A stretch of DNA of 64,000 bases from contig CAINLR010000183.1 of assembly GCA_903850425.1 (NCBI GenBank), forward strand, positions 32,752 to 96,751, written 5' to 3'. Position numbers and translations under genes: made by a program. Below are positions 60,058 to 64,000 of the stretch, one piece after another (positions within the stretch are counted from its first letter, which is position 1; each line of letters starts with the position of its first letter). The notes beneath the pieces were generated by a model, which had not been told where the DNA came from, did not search any database, and was given only the letters and a program-made list of their open reading frames with translations. Source of the stretch: an uncultured Verrucomicrobia subdivision 3 bacterium (GTDB lineage Bacteria; Verrucomicrobiota; Verrucomicrobiia; Limisphaerales; UBA11358).

Positions 60058-61478
60058 TCTTTACCTCCTTCGAATTCGTCCTCTTCTTCGCGCTGGTGCT
60101 GGCAGGGCGCAGCCTGTGTCGAAGTCTGCCCGCAGAGAAATGGTTTTTGCTGGTGGCCAGCTATGTTTTTTACATGAGCTGGAGCGTGCCGTTTGGCCTG
60201 CTCATTCTGGCCACCTCGCTGGTGGATTATGGCGTCGGCTTGGGCTTGAACGGGATCGTGGACCAGCGGAAGCGAAAGCTGCTGTTAACCATCAGCCTGG
60301 TGGCAAATCTGGGCGTGCTGGCCTTTTTCAAATACACTAATTTTCTGTTAGCCAACGTGGAATCGGTGGCAACGATGTTTGGCCTGCACCTTGCCCGTTG
60401 GCACTATGACATCATCCTGCCCGCCGGCATTTCGTTTTTCACGTTCCAGAGCATGAGTTACACGATCAGCGTTTATCGGCGGCAAATCGAGCCGTGCCGC
60501 AGCCTTCGTGATTTTCTTTTGTTCGTGGCGTTCTTCCCTCAGTTGCTGGCCGGCCCCATCGTGCGCGCGGCAGACTTGCTGCCGCAAATTTACCGCCGCG
60601 TGCGTGCGAACATTTATGAGATCGAATCCGGCCTGGCCCAGTTCGCCGTGGGTGCGGTTAAAAAAATCGTCATCTCGGATCAAATTGCGCCGAACGTGGA
60701 CCTCATTTTCAACGCGCCTGGAAATTACGACGGCTTTACGTTATTTCAGGGCGTTCTGGGTTATGCCGTGCAAATTTATTGTGATTTCTCGGGTTATTCC
60801 GACATGGCGATCGGTTGCGCCCGCATCATGGGATTCCATTTCCCCGAGAATTTTCAGATGCCATACAGCGCGGCGAGCATCACTGAATTCTGGCAACGCT
60901 GGCACATTTCACTTTCTTCGTGGTTCCGCGATTACCTCTACATTCCTCTCGGCGGAAATCGAAAAGGCGAGACCCGCACTTATGTCAACCTGCTCGTGAC
61001 CATGCTGCTTTGCGGCCTGTGGCACGGCGCGAGTTGGAACTTTGTTTTGTGGGGCGGCTTGCACGGCGTCTCACTAGCCATCCATCGGATCTGGAAGCAC
61101 TGGAATCCGCTGGGCTCGCTCATGAAACAGCCGGCGTTTCGGTTCTTTTGGACGCCATTCGCCCATTTGCTGACGCTCGGCATCGTTTTGGTGGGCTGGG
61201 TTCTCTTCCGGGCCCAGAACTGGCCGCTGGCCGTTCAGTATCTAAGCCGCATGTTGAGTTGGAGCCATGAAGGCGTTCATTTGGTTTCGCCGTATATTCT
61301 GCCCGCCGTGACCGCCGTTTTCATCACCCATCTGCTGGTGCAAAAAGACCGGAACTGGTCGCTCGAAATACCGAAGCGCGCCACGCACATCCGCATTGGT
61401 TTTTATTCAGCCTTGGTGCTGCTAATCTGCCTGTTGGGCGTGACCGATTCCGTTCCGTTCATTTACTTCCAGTTCTAA
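60054..61478 (+). CDS. MBOAT-family membrane O-acyltransferase (AlgI/DltB-like)
   Basis: GTG start. Motifs are FWQRWHISLSSWFRDYLYIPLGGNR and LLCGLWHGASWNFVLWG (conserved His). About 11 TMs. Confidence 0.9.
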   Translation: MIFTSFEFVLFFALVLAGRSLCRSLPAEKWFLLVASYVFYMSWSVPFGLLILATSLVDYGVGLGLNGIVDQRKRKLLLTISLVANLGVLAFFKYTNFLLANVESVATMFGLHLARWHYDIILPAGISFFTFQSMSYTISVYRRQIEPCRSLRDFLLFVAFFPQLLAGPIVRAADLLPQIYRRVRANIYEIESGLAQFAVGAVKKIVISDQIAPNVDLIFNAPGNYDGFTLFQGVLGYAVQIYCDFSGYSDMAIGCARIMGFHFPENFQMPYSAASITEFWQRWHISLSSWFRDYLYIPLGGNRKGETRTYVNLLVTMLLCGLWHGASWNFVLWGGLHGVSLAIHRIWKHWNPLGSLMKQPAFRFFWTPFAHLLTLGIVLVGWVLFRAQNWPLAVQYLSRMLSWSHEGVHLVSPYILPAVTAVFITHLLVQKDRNWSLEIPKRATHIRIGFYSALVLLICLLGVTDSVPFIYFQF

Positions 61479-61484
61479 AGCCTC

Positions 61485-62537
61485 ATGTCACCGAACAACA
61501 TCATTTCATCCGCCGACCGCATATTGGTCACCGGCTCCAATGGCTTCATTGGTGCCAAGGTGGTAGAAATCCTGCTGGAATACGGCTTCAGCAATGTGCG
61601 CTGTTTCGTGCGGCCATCCAGCAAACTGGATCGCCTGAAACAAATGCTCGCGAAATATCCGGCTGGCAAAACCGCCGAGATCGTCGCCGGCGATTTGTTG
61701 TCGCGCGAGGATTGTCAGAAGGCGGCGGATGGAGTCTCGGTCATCTATCACCTCGCGGCCGGCATGGAAAAATCCTTTGCCGGCGCGTTCATGAATTCCG
61801 CCCTGACGACGCGTAATTTGATGGACGCTTTCCTGGAGCACGGCCGTCCCGCGCGATTCGTGAACGTCAGTTCTTTCACGGTCTATTCCAATTTGAAAAT
61901 GGAGCGGGGCGCGTTGCTTGACGAAACTTGCGCGCTCGAAGACAACGCGCAGGAACGGTTTGACGCCTACTGTTTCGGCAAACTCAAGCAGGAGGAACTG
62001 GTCCGGCAATACGGCGAAAAGCGCAAGCTGCCTTATGTAATCCTGCGTCCCGGCGCGGTTTTTGGTCCTGGAAAAAAAGCGCTCAGCGGCCGCGTGGGCA
62101 TTGATACTTTTGGCTTTTTCATTCATCTCGGCGGCGAGAACCAACTGCCGTTGACCTTCGTGGACAATTGCGCCGACGCGATTGTGCTGGCCGGACTCAA
62201 GCCCGGTGTGGATGGCGAAATTTTCAATGTGGTGGATGACGATTTGATCAGCAGTGGAGAGTTTTTGTCGGCCTACAAACGCAAAGTAAAACCGTTCTTC
62301 TCAGTGCGCGTGCCCTTCTTCGTCGCGAACGCGATGTGCTCGTTGTGGGAGCAATATTCCAAACGATCCCAGGGCCAGCTCCCGCCGGTGTTCAATCGTC
62401 GCCGCGCCGCCGCCGAATGGAAAGGCAACCGATTTTCCAATCAGAAGCTGCATGAGCGGCTGGGCTGGAAGCCGCGCGTGAACATGGAGCAGGCCATGAA
62501 CGCTTTTCTCGCGCAATACGAATCGCGAACTCCATAA
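61485..62537 (+). CDS. NAD-dependent epimerase/dehydratase-family protein
   Basis: ILVTGSNGFIGAKVVEIL, with YCFGKLK (YxxxK). Confidence 0.8.
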   Translation: MSPNNIISSADRILVTGSNGFIGAKVVEILLEYGFSNVRCFVRPSSKLDRLKQMLAKYPAGKTAEIVAGDLLSREDCQKAADGVSVIYHLAAGMEKSFAGAFMNSALTTRNLMDAFLEHGRPARFVNVSSFTVYSNLKMERGALLDETCALEDNAQERFDAYCFGKLKQEELVRQYGEKRKLPYVILRPGAVFGPGKKALSGRVGIDTFGFFIHLGGENQLPLTFVDNCADAIVLAGLKPGVDGEIFNVVDDDLISSGEFLSAYKRKVKPFFSVRVPFFVANAMCSLWEQYSKRSQGQLPPVFNRRRAAAEWKGNRFSNQKLHERLGWKPRVNMEQAMNAFLAQYESRTP

Positions 62538-62545
62538 ACTGACTT

Positions 62546-63667
62546 TTGAAATCCGAATCCAAGAACCTGCGCATTGCCATCATCGGCTGCGGGAAAATTG
62601 CCGATCAGCATGTCTTCGCGGCCCGGCGTATCGGCGGCTGCGAAGTCGTCGCGCTGTGCGACCGCGAAGTGCTCATGGCCCGCCAGCTTGGCGAACGCTT
62701 TGGCGTCACGGCTTGTTTTGCCGACGCGGGCGAAATGTTGCGCCTCGCCAAGCCCGAGGTCGTGCATATCACCACGCCACCGCAAGGCCACTATTCGCTG
62801 GCCAAGCAATGTCTCGAAGCAGGCAGCCATGTTTATCTGGAAAAGCCTTTCACCGTCACCGCGCCGGAAGCGGAGGAGCTGATCTGTCTCGCCGAACGTC
62901 GCGGACTGAAACTAACAGCCGGCCACAATTTGCAGTTCACGCCGGAGATGCTTGAAATGCGCCGGCTGGTGAAGCTGGGATTTCTCGGCGGCAAACCCGT
63001 GCATCTGGAAAGTCATTTTTCCTACGGCCTCGGCGACGCCAGCTACGTCGGCCCGCTCCTCGGTAATCGCCAGCATTGGGTGCGGCAACTGCCGGGTCAG
63101 TTGCTGCACAATATTTTGAGCCACGGCCTCGCCAAGCTGTGCGAATTCCTGGATGACGATCAGGTCGAAGTCATTGCTTCGGCCCATCAGAGCGAGCAAC
63201 TACGCAGCCTCGGCGGCGCGGAAATTCTGGACGAACTCCGCGTGCTGATTCGGGCCGCGTCCGGCACGACGGCGTTCTTCTGTTTTTCCACTCAGATCAA
63301 ACCCGGGCGCAACGAGCTGAGAATTTGCGGACCGGTCAATTCCATCACGGTGGACCACGCCAGCGGCAGTTTGATCCGCCACGAAAACCGCTCCTACAAA
63401 AGTTACCTGACTTTTTTTGCGCCACCGCTGGTAAATGCCCGGCAGCATTTCCGCAACGCGTGGATCAATTTCAAGAATTTCCTGACCGGCAAACTGCATC
63501 AGGATTCTGGCATGAAGGAATTGGTCGAATGCTTCTACCAGAGCATTAAGAATGACAGCGCACCGCCACTGTCGTATCGCGAAATCTTGCTTACCGCGCG
63601 CATCATGGACGAGATCTTCGCCCAAATTTACAAACCGAAACCGCCCGTATCCAAACCATCGCCATGA
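62546..63667 (+). CDS. Gfo/Idh/MocA-family oxidoreductase
   Basis: LRIAIIGCGKIADQHV Rossmann motif, then LEKPFTVT. It has an apparent TTG start at 62546. Confidence 0.75.
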   Translation: MKSESKNLRIAIIGCGKIADQHVFAARRIGGCEVVALCDREVLMARQLGERFGVTACFADAGEMLRLAKPEVVHITTPPQGHYSLAKQCLEAGSHVYLEKPFTVTAPEAEELICLAERRGLKLTAGHNLQFTPEMLEMRRLVKLGFLGGKPVHLESHFSYGLGDASYVGPLLGNRQHWVRQLPGQLLHNILSHGLAKLCEFLDDDQVEVIASAHQSEQLRSLGGAEILDELRVLIRAASGTTAFFCFSTQIKPGRNELRICGPVNSITVDHASGSLIRHENRSYKSYLTFFAPPLVNARQHFRNAWINFKNFLTGKLHQDSGMKELVECFYQSIKNDSAPPLSYREILLTARIMDEIFAQIYKPKPPVSKPSP

Positions 63668-64000
63668 AATACGTGCTCATCACGCCCTCGCGCAACGAGG
63701 AGAAGTTCATCCAGAAGACGCTGGATTCCATGGTGGGGCAGACCTTGTTGCCCGTGCGCTGGGTCATCGTGGACGACGGCTCCACGGATCGCACCGGCGC
63801 AATTGCCGACGATTACGCTCGGCGCTTTCCGTGGATCGAAGTCGTGCATCGGTCGCTGCAGCAGGACCGCAGTTTCGCCGGCAAGGTTCACGCTTTCAAT
63901 GCCGGTTTCGACAAAGTCCGCGCACTGGACTTTGAAGTCATTGGCAATCTGGATTCGGATCTTTCGTTTGACGCCGACTATCTCGCGTTCCTGATGCAGA
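63664..64000 (+). CDS. Family-2 glycosyltransferase, 3' partial (runs off window)
   Basis: Not in the ORF track because there is no stop inside the window. My own translation from ATG 63664 (ATGA overlap with the upstream stop) gives MKYVLITPSRNEEKFIQKTLDSMVGQTLLPVRWVIVDDGSTDRTGAIADDYARRFPWIEVV...NLDSDLSF, the classic GT2 N-terminus. Confidence 0.8.
   Translation, partial: MKYVLITPSRNEEKFIQKTLDSMVGQTLLPVRWVIVDDGSTDRTGAIADDYARRFPWIEVVHRSLQQDRSFAGKVHAFNAGFDKVRALDFEVIGNLDSDLSFDADYLAFLMQ

Noticed and set aside
1-64000. Window-wide search for tRNA/rRNA genes, CRISPR arrays, integrases, transposases, toxin-antitoxin pairs or known defence-system genes.
   Set aside because: No ORF translation shows recombinase, transposase, Cas, restriction or abortive-infection motifs. 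There are no spaced direct-repeat arrays and no tRNA-like T-arm/acceptor patterns in the intergenic gaps I read. tRNAscan-SE, Infernal and a CRISPR finder would confirm this.

Overview
This is a densely coding, GC-rich bacterial chromosomal segment, judged by eye since I could not compute composition. I recognised no rRNA, tRNA, CRISPR array, transposase or integrase. The protein signatures suggest a PVC-group organism such as Verrucomicrobiota, but that is inference. Those signatures are a T2SS/T4P-like assembly operon, secreted Ig/FN3 proteins with W..RFYR-type C-termini, and large sialidase/ricin/LamG glycan-binding proteins.

Contents in order:
1. 1-6311: a translationally coupled T2SS/T4P-like operon (GspK-, GspL/PilMN-, GspM/PilO- and PilP/GspC-like genes). 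Its secretin is split into two signal-peptide-bearing ORFs joined by Gly-rich modules. A sensor kinase follows at 6349-7959.
2. 7960-8582: an unusual intergenic region with a long inverted-repeat element and a sharply AT-rich island, upstream of an ArsR-type regulator.
3. 10783-17706, minus strand: an aa3-type cytochrome oxidase operon. It includes heme O/A synthases, a cupredoxin-like protein and two tiny membrane ORFs.
4. 17848-24509: housekeeping genes ribH, ribBA, a soluble histidine kinase, plsC, cmk, aroA and tyrA.
5. 24727-31864: a 1130-aa sialidase/ricin/LamG/FN3 protein, a DUF2784-like protein and a roughly 1070-aa glycoside hydrolase.
6. 32107-41931: a ten-gene NDP-sugar operon. It combines a kinase, nucleotidyltransferase and NUDIX hydrolase with a split mini-E1 ThDP enzyme, a ColD-type His-for-Lys PLP dehydratase, a B12-radical-SAM enzyme, an SDR, a GT-like protein and an LhgO-like oxidase.
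7. 43283-64000: a more AT-rich exopolysaccharide/O-antigen-type locus led by a NusG/UpxY-like antiterminator. It has PEP-CTERM/exosortase-type accessory genes, but no exosortase lies within the window.

The best candidates for something undescribed are the sugar-tailoring operon and the two-piece secretin.
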